A DNA stretch of 56,885 nucleotides from Catajapyx aquilonaris (lineage: Eukaryota), in the NCBI GenBank assembly GCA_000934665.2, contig JYFJ02002446.1, positions 1 through 56,885 on the forward strand. The letters are read 5' to 3'. The translations under genes and the position numbers were made by a program. Shown here one piece after another: positions 36,834 to 48,796 of the stretch (the stretch's first letter is position 1; every line of letters begins with the position of its first letter). Under the pieces are notes generated by a model that was not told where the DNA came from, made no database searches, and saw nothing but the letters and a program-made list of their open reading frames with translations.

Positions 36834-37850
36834 AATGCAGTGGACACCGTCTCTTGTCGATTGATCATCACCATTCCCTGTCCGGTACCAAAATTATGAG
36901 ACTATTGTAGTTCTCTGTTGCAAATAATTATTTACTTATTTTATATTATATTATATTACCTTCCCTTGCCACCCTTTATGGGGTCTTCCGGGATATTTAT
37001 TTATTGTTAACACATACGGTAAATGCGTTTATCATGAGTTGTTATGTTAGGTAGCCACCATTCATATTATCTGGACACTGTATGACATCGGAGCTCTTCA
37101 TTCGGGCATATCTCATATCTGAGCTGTTCACGTCCCCTTAGAAGGTCGTCTGTCATCGTCGCGTGATGTGATGGTCGGTTGGCGTCACAATCTACCAACA
37201 TTTTCGCAATGGCCTTAGCAAAATTTGTGCATGTTACTGATTTAGCACCAGCTGTATAATATTATGTTCCTCAATAATGCAAGAAGCATTTTGAAAAATC
37301 ATATTTTGAAAGCGTTTGGTATTAACATGTACGGTATTCAAAATATTAACAACCATGTCTCACGAGATGTTACGTATTACGACAAGCCGAATTTTATGGC
37401 ATAAGGTACCGTGTAGTATTTAATTAGTGTGGTTTATGCTCTTCAACAAAGCAATGTAATGCACTCTATAAATAAATGTGTATGAATCATAAAGTACCTT
37501 TGAATCACTTCCGTCCCTTTTCTTGACTGTACAGTACAATATTATTCAGATCAGAATAAACACAGGGTGGGTTTTTCACCATCCGAAATATGCGTCCAAA
37601 AATTCAACAACCCGTATAATTTTAAATTGATGTATCTCAATATTTCATTGTCACTTCAATGTGAAAACATGATCTTGAAATTGCGTTGGAATTGCTCTCA
37701 TAACGAAGGAAAATAATACGTCTTGTATCTGTCATAATTTGTATTTTTTAAATTTTAATGGTAGTAATAGTAGATGACGTCCAATTTTTAATTCACATAG
37801 AACTCGCTGAAAAGAATTCGTAATGAAATTGTTTTTACAGTATGAGTATA

Positions 37851-38024
37851 GCAAATTGCCAAGGGGGTAATCACTCGACTGAAAAGTGTACACTGGAAGT
37901 ACCAAATTCAAGGAGTACCAGTGTACCACGGAGTAATAAAGAGTGAGGTGCCTGAGGAGTACCAGGGAGTACCACTCCCAGGTGTACACCGGAGTACCGA
38001 AGTGATTACCCCCTTGCAAATTGC
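37851..38024. mobile_element. MITE with internal GGAGTACC repeats
   Basis: TIRs GCAAATTGCCAAGGGGGTAATCACT / AGTGATTACCCCCTTGCAAATTGC. Confidence 0.65.
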
Positions 38025-38688
38025 GCTTCAAGTGGAACTATCAGAATAGGGGGAAATGAAGGTGCACATGCTAATAATGTCTTTAAAAGTAAGGTTTAGT
38101 GCGGCTCAAAATACTTGGAATTATCTGCCATTTCCACTCCAATTATGCAAGGTTTCTCGCACTTTGTGTGGCCATTTCAAGAGCTTAAGAATATTTGCAA
38201 TAATTTTACGAGTTTGAAGCTCATGTTTGCACAATTCCAGGGAACATGACATTTCAGAGCCGTGACGTATGTCAAAATTTGTTGCCCAGTGTAATTAGTC
38301 TATGGTTTATTTAGTCCTCTTTCGATAGTTGGAGTACATAGCATCCTTAGTCGCAGAAACTACAGTATACTCATCTGGTTGGGAAATATCATGATACTTG
38401 TAGAATAAAATTAAACCGGTAATATTTCACCGTACCTCTTGGGCTCTCTTGCGGACTGTAATATTATCGTATCATATAAGAAGCCGCACTGTGTAGGCGT
38501 TAGTACGTATGTCATGTGGAGCATGAAATTACAGTGTCGCGGATGAAAACATCGAACAAGCCCCGTGTGTCTTAGGGGTCTCGATTTTTCACGAGCATTC
38601 AGGTCTCTCATTGCAAGCGAAGGAAAAGTACGCGTTTTACACATCATCATTGAAGAAACAGGCAACAAGTACCGTTGCTGTAGACAAA

Positions 38689-40602
38689 ATGCAATTTCTT
38701 TCTGCCATTGTCTTCGGTGCCTTGTCCTTTCCCTTGGGGCATTGCAGTGTGTCAGTGACTGGAGAGGATCACGTGTTGGGTGGACAAGTGACCGAGTCTG
38801 TTTGGCACCTTCTGACAAAGGGAGGGGACAGGGAGTGTCCCCTGGCCCTGACCCATGACCTCGGGTGGGGTTGGCCTGCACATTTGGAGGTCATGGTGTC
38901 CAACATGTCCAGGGCAGGGAGACCAGTGTTGCTGGCCAGATCGACTGGGTCTCATCTGGAGAGATGGGACTGCTCATCGGGGGGATCCAACAGTGATTCC
39001 GAAGGTAATGATCCCATTTTCTCAGTCTACCCAGCTCGTGACACCAACAAGTGCGTGGTCAACCTTGTGACAACCTGCTACGAAAACTACGAAGACACGA
39101 TGGATGAGCTCCTTGATCCGGAGGAAGGAGTGGTTGCGGTGAAGAAAAATCAAGCAAAGTTCCTCATCTGGATAAGGGACGAAGCAGAGGAAGATTTCCT
39201 TCTGCAGAACCCAGCTTCGAAGATCAAGTTCAAAGTGGGCATCTCTGTTGGTCCTAATGGAACCACCCAGCTGTCTTCGGTATGCTTCTTTTGCGACGAG
39301 GGTGATCCGGTCATTACATCTGTCTCGGTGAATTCAAGCCTCTTAACAGCCACTCTTGGAGAAATGCTGGTAAGGGATACGGCAAACAACTTCAACGGAA
39401 AACTTTTTCGCACCCTTGCATATATGAACTACAGTTATGAAGATTGCGAGAGCGAGAGAGTGGAATTCCACTCCTTTGCCACTTGTTTCGTGGGAAAAGC
39501 TCTTAATTTCCGGTGGTATGCGGAGGACATAAATTTGGAGGAACTACCAAAAAACATGAGTAAAATATTTGCGATGGTAGAAGACATCACAACGGGAAAG
39601 GTTCTATTTGCACATAGCTTTACGTTACTGGAAGTGACGAACGCAGTATTTGACATGATGACTGTACATTATCAAGATCGTGTCACGTTCCTTGCGCGCA
39701 TACCGAGGGAAATAGATACATCACTTCTGATCGTGTACCCATACCAAGTGGTCCCCTGGTGTTGTCTATTCGTGTCCTTACTCGCCTATGGAGGCTTCAT
39801 GTTTCTCATTTCTAAACGCCAGATTCAATCCCACGGTTTCTCGACAAGATTTCACACTCTATTTGGAAGTGTCAAGTACTTGGCGCGAGTGACACTTTCG
39901 CAGCATCCAGGCGGTAATACTGGAATAAGTGCGTCATTAATGGTTGCTCTATTGTTCTGGTATTACGCCGCAATCGTAGTTGGCACAGGTTATACAGCAA
40001 AGCTGTTTTATTTCCTCAATTATCCTCCAGTGGAAAAGGTCCCTGCAACATTTTCTGAACTGCTCCACTCTGATTTTTTGATAAATACATTGGGTTATTT
40101 TTATGCTGTATATGTGTCTGGCCATGAAGTAAATCCTGCTCTACTGGATAAAATCAATGTTGTGGGAGGAAAAAGTTGCGTTGTGAGTGTAATGGAAGAA
40201 AATCAGGTGTGCTTGTTGGAGTATACTAAGTTGATGAGTGATATGTTCCAATATTTACCCTTACATGATGGTGAATTTGAAGCATTCATATCAGATGATT
40301 CTCTTCTTGTCTATCATTATGCATTGGCATTATCCAAAGACAGCATCTACTCAGAAAACTTCAATTTTTGGGTGAAAGTGTACAACAGCATTGGTCTTCG
40401 CGTGAAACATGAACGGCTTCACACATTCACACATTTATGGCAACGGGCAAGATTGGCAGAACAATCCGGATCACTTCAGTACAAAGGTGGAATCGTGTTT
40501 TCAATGGAGAAGCTGAAGGGATCCTTTTTCGCACTGTTGGTCGGTTGTGCATTGGCACTCTTTGCATTCTTGAAGGAGATCTCCACTATGCACAAAATTT
40601 AA
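38689..40602 (+). CDS. Divergent IR, subfamily A, 637 aa
   Basis: ATG at 38689 gives the signal peptide. CFFC motif, GYTAKLFYF, final TM. Confidence 0.88.
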   Translation: MQFLSAIVFGALSFPLGHCSVSVTGEDHVLGGQVTESVWHLLTKGGDRECPLALTHDLGWGWPAHLEVMVSNMSRAGRPVLLARSTGSHLERWDCSSGGSNSDSEGNDPIFSVYPARDTNKCVVNLVTTCYENYEDTMDELLDPEEGVVAVKKNQAKFLIWIRDEAEEDFLLQNPASKIKFKVGISVGPNGTTQLSSVCFFCDEGDPVITSVSVNSSLLTATLGEMLVRDTANNFNGKLFRTLAYMNYSYEDCESERVEFHSFATCFVGKALNFRWYAEDINLEELPKNMSKIFAMVEDITTGKVLFAHSFTLLEVTNAVFDMMTVHYQDRVTFLARIPREIDTSLLIVYPYQVVPWCCLFVSLLAYGGFMFLISKRQIQSHGFSTRFHTLFGSVKYLARVTLSQHPGGNTGISASLMVALLFWYYAAIVVGTGYTAKLFYFLNYPPVEKVPATFSELLHSDFLINTLGYFYAVYVSGHEVNPALLDKINVVGGKSCVVSVMEENQVCLLEYTKLMSDMFQYLPLHDGEFEAFISDDSLLVYHYALALSKDSIYSENFNFWVKVYNSIGLRVKHERLHTFTHLWQRARLAEQSGSLQYKGGIVFSMEKLKGSFFALLVGCALALFAFLKEISTMHKI

Positions 40603-41142
40603 CCCATAAAACTCTGGTGTGAAATATATCCCCATGTTATTGTGATGCCCCCAAAATACGCATGTTGTAATATCGAGTAACTTTTAACATGGAGAGTAAA
40701 TAGCCTTAAACAGGCTGGTTTAGACTTTGCAGCCAGCTACTTTTCATGCGTCTTTTGTTGAGCATGCAGTTCTTCCACGCGCATCCGACACCATAATGCT
40801 TGCCTCCCTACATTCTTATGGCATGAGAAGGGACGTGAGCTTTGCCCGCAACAAGGGCTGATTGTTAACGCTAGCTGTTTAGCACGCTACGTCATTTCTT
40901 CAGGCAACCAATCAGTATAGTTTTGACATCTTACTCAAGCCATCGACAGTGATGGCCAGTCAGAATTAACGTAACATTTAATAATTGGCCAATGAAATCA
41001 TTTTGGCCTGGCTGATTTTCGGGCAGCAGCTGAAGAAAGGAAAAGTGTACAGGGCAGTCGGTGGGCCCCCTTTGCAACTACAAGATGTGACCAAATTAAC
41101 CTCCAGCTTTCAATGGGAGTGTTTGTCTGATTTTTCAAGTAC

Positions 41143-41720
41143 TGTACCGTACTGGGTGGTGCGGTCACCCAAGCCTAATTCAATTTCAACTACACTATTC
41201 GCGCATAATCAACCCTCCCCCAATGTGCGCGACGGTCAGCATGGGCCATCCAACACACCCCGATTGTGGTGCGAACGTTACCAGTCATCACCATCCGGCG
41301 GCAACCAAGTTCTAGCAACTGCAACGACACCGAAGCTGATCATCCAACCAACCGGAAGGATGACCAATGGCAGACGGCAAACCAATAATCCAGACCTTTG
41401 ATGACCAGATGTACCAGCGGCCGTGACCTTCTCCTGCTAAGACGGGACGCTACCCGCCATGGAAAAAGAAGCAACAGTAAGGGAGACACGTCAACCGCAC
41501 ACTTCGGTCTAAAGATCAGTTGTCATTCGGGCAACAAGTGTAATGGAATGTACCTTTTTGTGTTGTCATCCAGACAACAAGTGTTAATGTAACTTCTGAG
41601 TTGCGATTTGAGTAACAATTGTGAATAATAACCACTTTTTAATACAATTGGTCGTGTTGACATTCATTCCTATTTTCCTGCGATTGCCACAACTTTCGTT
41701 CTCTTCCAGTAATTACGGTA
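41143..41720 (+). mobile_element. Probable solo LTR (~580 bp)
   Basis: TGTACCGTA...TACGGTA inverted termini (terminal CA missing), flanked by the direct repeat AGTAC at 41138-41142 and 41721-41725. Confidence 0.5.
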
Positions 41721-42079
41721 AGTACCTGATTATGAGGAGAGTCCGACATTATTAACATACTACTTTTAGAAAGAGAAAGAGAGAGAGAGAAATACTGTCT
41801 AACTAACGTAATAAAAGCACTTACACGAGTACGTATTGCATTATAATGGTTCATTCTTTATCCAAGGAAAGCAATGCACACGAATATTTTGTCCATTATT
41901 TGTAATGTACCTTTGAATCAATTCTGACCACGTTCCTTCTGCCCCATTGCGTGAAAATGTCGATGTGTACTGTACAATAGTAGTATACTGTACAATAGAG
42001 GGCTGCACCAACAGGACGGTTAATATGCAGCTTCATGAATTCATTTACGTGGGCATACTAGGTTACACATCATGGAGAA

Positions 42080-42290
42080 GTGTGGGAGTTCCATCAATAA
42101 AATCTATTCAAACCACCCGCACCTATATAGTCATAACTATGCTCAGTGGCAGTTTCTGTCACTTCGGCCATCTCCTGGCATACATACGAACTTGGAGCCG
42201 ACTAATATTGTTAGCAGATCCATGGACAGAGAGGACCAACCTTGTTCCCCACTCACAGTATTAATCAATTTCCAGGCCAATTAGGCCTAT
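42080..42290 (+). repeat. ~200-bp repeat, second copy ~46645-46845
   Basis: Shared AGTTCC.TCAATAAA.CTATTCAAACCACCCGCACCTATA...GAGGACCAACCTTGTTCCC. Confidence 0.75.
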
Positions 42291-42484
42291 ACTTCCGCCA
42301 GTTGCAAAAAGAAACGTTTACCTACCTTTCTGAAACGAAGAAGAAATGAATAGCTGATTTATGTGTTCACATTCACATTACAGACCTTAACAATTCAACA
42401 ATGATGAAAAATTTCTTTATGTAACGTACTACTACTTAACAATACATTCATTGATTACATTCCTGGGAATCTCATAAATTCCCT

Positions 42485-43145
42485 CTAAAGATTTTTGCTT
42501 TTTTGCTTGCCCTCCAACTGAGAAAATTCCAAGAACCATCCCGGAATTAATTAATTCAGAGTTTGGCATGAATGTAATACCAATTACTTACGAAATAAAT
42601 TCTTGCTGGTGTCCCAGACGTGGACAAAACAGGTGTTGTGGAAAAACTTCGAGTGATGTCAGTTAAAGGGTGTGCACAGTCGGTTTTAACGGAAAATGTA
42701 GTGTGCGTGAGTAGTGTATGAGTCATCAGATTTGACATGTATAGCCAATTACCTTCAAGCGATTGAAAAATCAAGGCGTTCATTTCCGAAGATGCTTTTG
42801 CTTATTTCTGCACATCAATGGCATGTGCCAAAGACTGTTTATTCTGCCAACTTCAACTTTTGGGCTCAGGTTTACAACAGCATCGGTCTGGCTATAAAGG
42901 GCGATCGTTTCAATGAGTTTGTAAGACACTGGCGACTTGCCAGATTGGCTGAACAAAATGTCTCAGGCAGAAATGTAAAGGATGGAATATTATTTACAAT
43001 GGAGAAGTTGCAGGTTGCATTTTGCATACTTCCTCTCGGATTTGCATTGGGTCTAGTTGTCTTCACGAAGGAAATTGTTTGCCACGATAATCGATGCTGC
43101 AGGAAAGGACATTCTGAACTACTACAACGTCACTCTCCGCACTAG
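42485..43145 (+). pseudogene. IR subfamily A 3' remnant (frameshifted)
   Basis: PPTEKIPRTIPELINSEFG, then VYSANFNFWAQVYNSIGLAIK...MEKLQVAFCILP. Confidence 0.85.
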
Positions 43146-44452
43146 TCAATAATTGGCACTTAATTAAGAGCTAGTTTTTCTTTAACGGTTGGACACCTTC
43201 ACATCTGACACGAGAAAAATGCTAATTATCTGGTTTGAATTTAATGATTATCCATGCAATTGCATTCATGCTCATTTTTATAGAGATATTAATAAATATT
43301 CCATCATATTTGCCTAGATGCAAATATAGCATTTAAATCGTGTAACCAAAACGACTATTTAACTTGTTGCGAAATTAGTGCAAGTCTTGCAACCACTGAA
43401 GAAATACTGTACGTATGTCTTTCATTCGTAAATAAATTACCGGAATTACTAATTAGGCTGTACTTGTCAATTGGCTGTTCCTGTCACACATGCATTGATT
43501 GCACGCCTTGGAATTGCGTAAATTCCTGTACCGATTCATGTTATACTTACAGTACATAAATGAACGTTCTGAGTATGACTCGATACTTTACGTAACAGAA
43601 ATTCATGTGACATTGACACTGAGGCCATGCCACCTGAGGCTTCGTTGGGGTATGTCGAGGCCACTGTCCTCTTCGAAGGTCGTCTGTTATAATAAGGTGG
43701 CGTGATGTGATGGTGTCACTAACATTCAATGTCTTCTACGTACATCTTCGCAATTATTAGGCCTAAGCGACACAGTAATTGTCTCCCGAGAAATTGGGTG
43801 GTTATCCAACGGAATAATAGTTTTGATTGCTTTTATATATGCCCAGCAACATTTGAATCAAACCATTGCTTTAGAGGGGATTGCATCACTTCATATGAAC
43901 GAAGAAATCTCAGATTGTATTTTGTATTGTTAATACCTATTCATAATTGGAAATTGTTTCTTATAGTCTTCGATGACTTTAATGATACTGTACTTTAACG
44001 ATATGATTGCTATGTTGCTGAGTACATTCAATTATTTCTAGTTAGTTGCAACTTGCCTACGTATAGAGCATGAATTTAATGACACCCCCATTGAATAATG
44101 TTGGCGTAAATGTAATCTTCAAGTTGCCTTAATAACTTTGAAAGAGCCGTTTCTGTTCGGGGGTAAATTAATCAATAATTACCTCCATTAATTTGCCATT
44201 GAGACCTCGAGGAGCTTCGGGGAAATAAACGGGTGTGGAAGGGCGGGTGGAAAGACCTCATAACGTCCACGTTGTCCATAATATTAACGGGAAAAGAAAT
44301 ATTGACAAAATCATATCGGACAGAATCTCTAGGTTTTTAGAACGACATTACATTGCATGTGCACTTACCGATTGAGTGCAGGCGATTTGCCAGTTGTCTC
44401 ATGCTAACGTTGGTTTACACTCTTATATTTGAAAATATCAGATAAAATTAGC

Positions 44453-46441
44453 ATGCATCTTTTTGCTGTCATTATCTTCTGCGCCATTTCTTCTCACTTG
44501 TCGAACTGCAGTGTTCGAGTGATAGACAGACATTCGCCAGACAGTCTCGTAACACAAATGGTGTGGCTCATGATGAAGGACGAGGAGAGTGTGGACAGGG
44601 AGTGTCCCCTGGCCCTGACCCATGACCTCGGGTGGGGTTGGCCTGGTCACCTCCAGGTCATGGTGTCCAACATGTCCAGGGCAGGGAGGCCCGTGTTGCT
44701 GGCCAGATCGACTCATGGTTCTAATCGGAGGAGGTGGGACTGCTCATCCGGGGGATCTAGTGATCCTCAGGGTGATCTAGTTTCATTCCAAGCAACTCGA
44801 GACTACAAGTGCTTGGTCAACATGGTCACCGTTTGCAGCCAGAACTACGAGGAGGCCATGGAGGAACTGCTGCATCCGGAGGAAGGAGTAGTGATAGTCA
44901 AGAAGAACATGGACAAATTCTTGATCTGGATCAGAGACGATCCGGATCAGAAATACCTGTTGGATAAACCAGCTTCGACACTCAAGTTCAAAGCAGGTGT
45001 TGCTACCAAAGACAGTGACATCGCAGTGATCTCCTCCGTCTGCTTCTTCTGCAATCAGGGTGAACCGAGCATAGAAAATGTTATGTTGAAACCGACCATG
45101 TTGTCACATGCACTGAAGACTATAATGCTGAAGGACACTGCTTATGACTTTCACGGAAAAATGTTCATAACTAGATTTGACAAAGTAATCAGCTATAAAG
45201 AATGTCATTCGCACGATCCATGGATCATTCTTCTTGTGTGCTTCATGGGCGAGGCTCTAAATTTCAAGTGGAATACTGAATATATGGATTTTTTCGAAGT
45301 TTTCAATGATCTGAGCAAGGCCCTTGAATTTGTGGAAGATGTCAGTAAGGGAAAGATATCGTTCTTATTATTATGTGCCAACATTGAAATATCAAACAAA
45401 CTATTCGACTTGATTACGCCACATTTTCAAGATCGTGTGACTTTTCTTGCTCGTGAACCTAACATTATCAGTACTCCGTGGTTAATTTTTTATCCGTACA
45501 AAATAATCCCGTGGTGCTGCTTTCTCTGCTCGTTGTTAACATACGGAGGGTTTCTGTTCATTTTGTCCAAACAACAACTTCATGCCAATAATATTTTCGC
45601 TAGATTCCGTACTCTTCTTGGAAGCTGCCAGTATTTGGCGCGAGCAATGCTTGTCCAGTACCCTGGATACAAAACTGGATTTAATCTCTCATTTATGATT
45701 GCGCTAATGTTCTGGACTTACTTTGCAATGATAACAGGGACAGGGTATATCGCTAAACTGTTTTATTTCTTTGCTTACCCTCCGACGGAGATAATTCCTC
45801 GGAATATTCCGGAATTAATTAATTCGGAGTTTGGTATAAATATAATAGAAGTTGTTAACCAGTTAATTCGAAGTGGTGAATCAGACATGGACGAAAATGC
45901 CCTTCGGGTTATGGAAAAACTTCAAGTCGTCTCTGATGAAGAGTGTGGACAGTCGGTTTTGACGAAAAATTTGGTTTGCGTAGGTAATCTAGAATTTCTG
46001 AAATCTGACGTGCAAAACCTATTATTACCATCGAGTGACGGGAAAATGAAGACATTCATTTCTGATGATTCTTTGGCTGGATACTATCTGTCAATGTCCT
46101 TTTCCAAGGACAGCGTTTATTCGGCCAACTTCAACTTTTGGGCTCAAGTTTACAACAGCATAGGCCTAGCTATAAAGAGCGATCGTTTCAATGAGTTTGT
46201 AAGAAACTGGCGATTCGCTAGACTTGCCGAACGAAATGAAGCTGGCAGATACGCAAACGATGGAATATTATTTACAATGGAGAAGTTGCAAGGTGCATTT
46301 TACATACTACCTTTCGGAATTGCATTGGCTCTAGTTGTCTTCGTGAAGGAAATTATTTTCCACGATAAACGCTGCTGCAAGAAAGGACATTCTGGACAAA
46401 GTGACTCCTCACACCTGTTAAAAGAAGTGCCAGTGAATTAA
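44453..46441 (+). CDS. Divergent IR, subfamily A, 662 aa
   Basis: ATG at 44453 gives a signal peptide. GYIAKLFYF; paralog of the 21.9 and 26.0 kb genes. Confidence 0.88.
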   Translation: MHLFAVIIFCAISSHLSNCSVRVIDRHSPDSLVTQMVWLMMKDEESVDRECPLALTHDLGWGWPGHLQVMVSNMSRAGRPVLLARSTHGSNRRRWDCSSGGSSDPQGDLVSFQATRDYKCLVNMVTVCSQNYEEAMEELLHPEEGVVIVKKNMDKFLIWIRDDPDQKYLLDKPASTLKFKAGVATKDSDIAVISSVCFFCNQGEPSIENVMLKPTMLSHALKTIMLKDTAYDFHGKMFITRFDKVISYKECHSHDPWIILLVCFMGEALNFKWNTEYMDFFEVFNDLSKALEFVEDVSKGKISFLLLCANIEISNKLFDLITPHFQDRVTFLAREPNIISTPWLIFYPYKIIPWCCFLCSLLTYGGFLFILSKQQLHANNIFARFRTLLGSCQYLARAMLVQYPGYKTGFNLSFMIALMFWTYFAMITGTGYIAKLFYFFAYPPTEIIPRNIPELINSEFGINIIEVVNQLIRSGESDMDENALRVMEKLQVVSDEECGQSVLTKNLVCVGNLEFLKSDVQNLLLPSSDGKMKTFISDDSLAGYYLSMSFSKDSVYSANFNFWAQVYNSIGLAIKSDRFNEFVRNWRFARLAERNEAGRYANDGILFTMEKLQGAFYILPFGIALALVVFVKEIIFHDKRCCKKGHSGQSDSSHLLKEVPVN

Positions 46442-47156
46442 GAGCTACTTTTTCTTCAAACGTTGCGAACCTTCGAATCTGATATGAAAAACAGGCTCAG
46501 ATACGGTGTGTCATTTCTTGGCAAGTCAAGTTGTTAGGAAAAGTAAACTTAGTAAAGATAATCCTTGAGATAATTTTTGTGGGAAGCACGCACCATAATA
46601 GGTTACGCTCTAAGTATATACATGTAGTATAGACTTTATAGACTAGTGTGGAAGTTCCGTCAATAAAGCTATTCAAACCACCCGCACCTATAGTACTATA
46701 GATTCAGTGGCAGTTTCTGTCACCTGAGCCATCTCCTGGCACACACACGAACCAATAGCCGCTAATAATTGTTAGCAGATCCACAGGCAGAGGACCAACC
46801 TTGTTCCCTCACTCGCAGTAATGGCAATAATCAATTCACAGGCCGTTTCGGACCTCAAGATGTGAAATGATACAAAATGCGTTACCGCAGCTTATTCATA
46901 TACTCACCGACAAATGATGCACTATAACTACTTTCGGATGTAATAGTTTAGGCTTCTACTATAACATTTACAAATGGGAAAAACATTCATTCTATATCTT
47001 ACAGAAATACACTGTAGAATAAGTCAAGCTTTCGCCGCATGTATTAACTCGAATTAAGAACAAATCTCCGAATAAATAAATGGTAGACATTCGCAACACA
47101 GAAAGTTTCGCTTAATTCCAACCAACTGAACAAACTCTATAAGGGCAGGGTCCCTG

Positions 47157-47375
47157 GGGCCGAATTCAGAGAGGTTGCTTAACGTAAACGCGCCCGATTA
47201 AATCCTTTAGTCATCCTCGATTAGCAAATTTAAAAGTGCTAGCAAGTGCGATTAGGGGGCATTTAGCGCTAATCGCCGTCTTTGTATTAGCAGGTTGGTT
47301 AAATTTGCTAATCGAGGATGACTAAAGGATTTAATCGGGCGCGTTTACGTTAAGCAACCTCTCTGAATTCGACCC
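47157..47375. mobile_element. PIF/Harbinger-like palindromic MITE with CTG TSD
   Basis: ~76-bp near-perfect arms starting GGG(C/T)CGAATTCAGAGAGG. CTG at 47154-47156 and 47376-47378. Confidence 0.8.
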
Positions 47376-48194
47376 CTGGTATACAAATCTGCTGTAATGT
47401 CTAATTGTTCACACAACAAAATTTGGTAAAATATTGTGAAAACAATTAAATGACGTATAGAATTCAGTATAGTAAACATTATTATTAATAACATTTCTCT
47501 TCCAAACACTCGGGTATTTCCTCCACAAATCAGTAGGCCTATATTATTTGGGAGCAGATAAGTAGGCCTAAATTATAATATTTTGCTTTGAAACTGTATT
47601 TCGGAGGGTGTGGCCACCCTTCCCTCACGTCACGACCAGTCACCCTGACATGATCTCTTCCAACGTAGTAGCTTCCTATTCGTCGCACCGATTCATGTTA
47701 TAAATAAATGAAAGCGTTTAGTATGATTCGACATACTGTATTACGTAATGCAGCCATTCATGTCACCTTGACACTGTATGCAGCCTATTCGTTCGGATAT
47801 GCCGCAGCTATGCAGTCCTCTTTGAAGGTTGTCTGTTGCGGTAGCGTGATGTGATGCAATGTTGGTTTCACTAACATGTAATGCCATCGATGAGCATTTT
47901 CGCAATGGTCAAAGTTGCGAAGTAATATCCACACCGAGAAAATAAACGGAGAAATTCGACGGAGAATTTTTTTGAAATGTTGAAATACCACTTCCATAGG
48001 CCTGGAGGCTTAACCATTATGTCATTATCTCAAGGCCTAAAAATTACAAGCGTGTAAATAATTTAGGACCAATTGCGCCACATCATGTTTCAAACATTAA
48101 TATAATTAATTATTACACTTTTTAATAGTTACATATTACTTTACTGAATACATTCAACTCTTTCTCTAGATAGTTGTTAATAACATAGCAACAA

Positions 48195-48495
48195 GGACAG
48201 CAGTCCCCTGGCCCTGACCCATGACCTCGGGTGGGGTTTCAATTAGTTTGTAAATTACTGGCGATTAGCTAGATTTGCCGAACAAAATGTATTATCAAGC
48301 AAATATGTAAATGGTGAAATTTTATTTACAATGAAGAAGTTGCAAGGTGCATTTTGCATACTTCCTCTCGGATTCGCATTGGCTCTAATTGTCTTCATGA
48401 AGGAAATTATTTGTCACGAGAAACTATGCTGCAAGATATGACATTCTGAACAAAGTGACTCTTCGCACAAGTCAATAGAAGTGTCGGTGAATTAA
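48195..48495 (+). pseudogene. IR pseudogene with ~1.55-kb internal deletion
   Basis: 5' tract CCCCTGGCCCTGACCCATGACCTCGGGTGGGGTT joined directly to the 3' region (MKKLQGAFCILPLG...EVSVN*). Confidence 0.8.
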
Positions 48496-48796
48496 TAGCT
48501 ACTTTTTCAATGGTTTCTATCCTTCGAATATGATATTATGAGAAAAATGCTCGGATTTATGTCATTGCTGGGCATACAAATGGACCACGGTTGTTAGGAA
48601 ATGGGGATCCATAATAATTATGTCTTATGCAATGGAAAAGGTCGGTTTATGTTCGCATTATTGTAGTTTATTATGTCCTTATTGATAGATGTGCGCATGG
48701 ATATTTTAAAGAACAATAACTTTTCCACGGTACCGGTAACTATTCTCTTAAAAAAAGAATAGTTAAAATTTAACTCTTCGTTTTTAGAGAGTAGTT

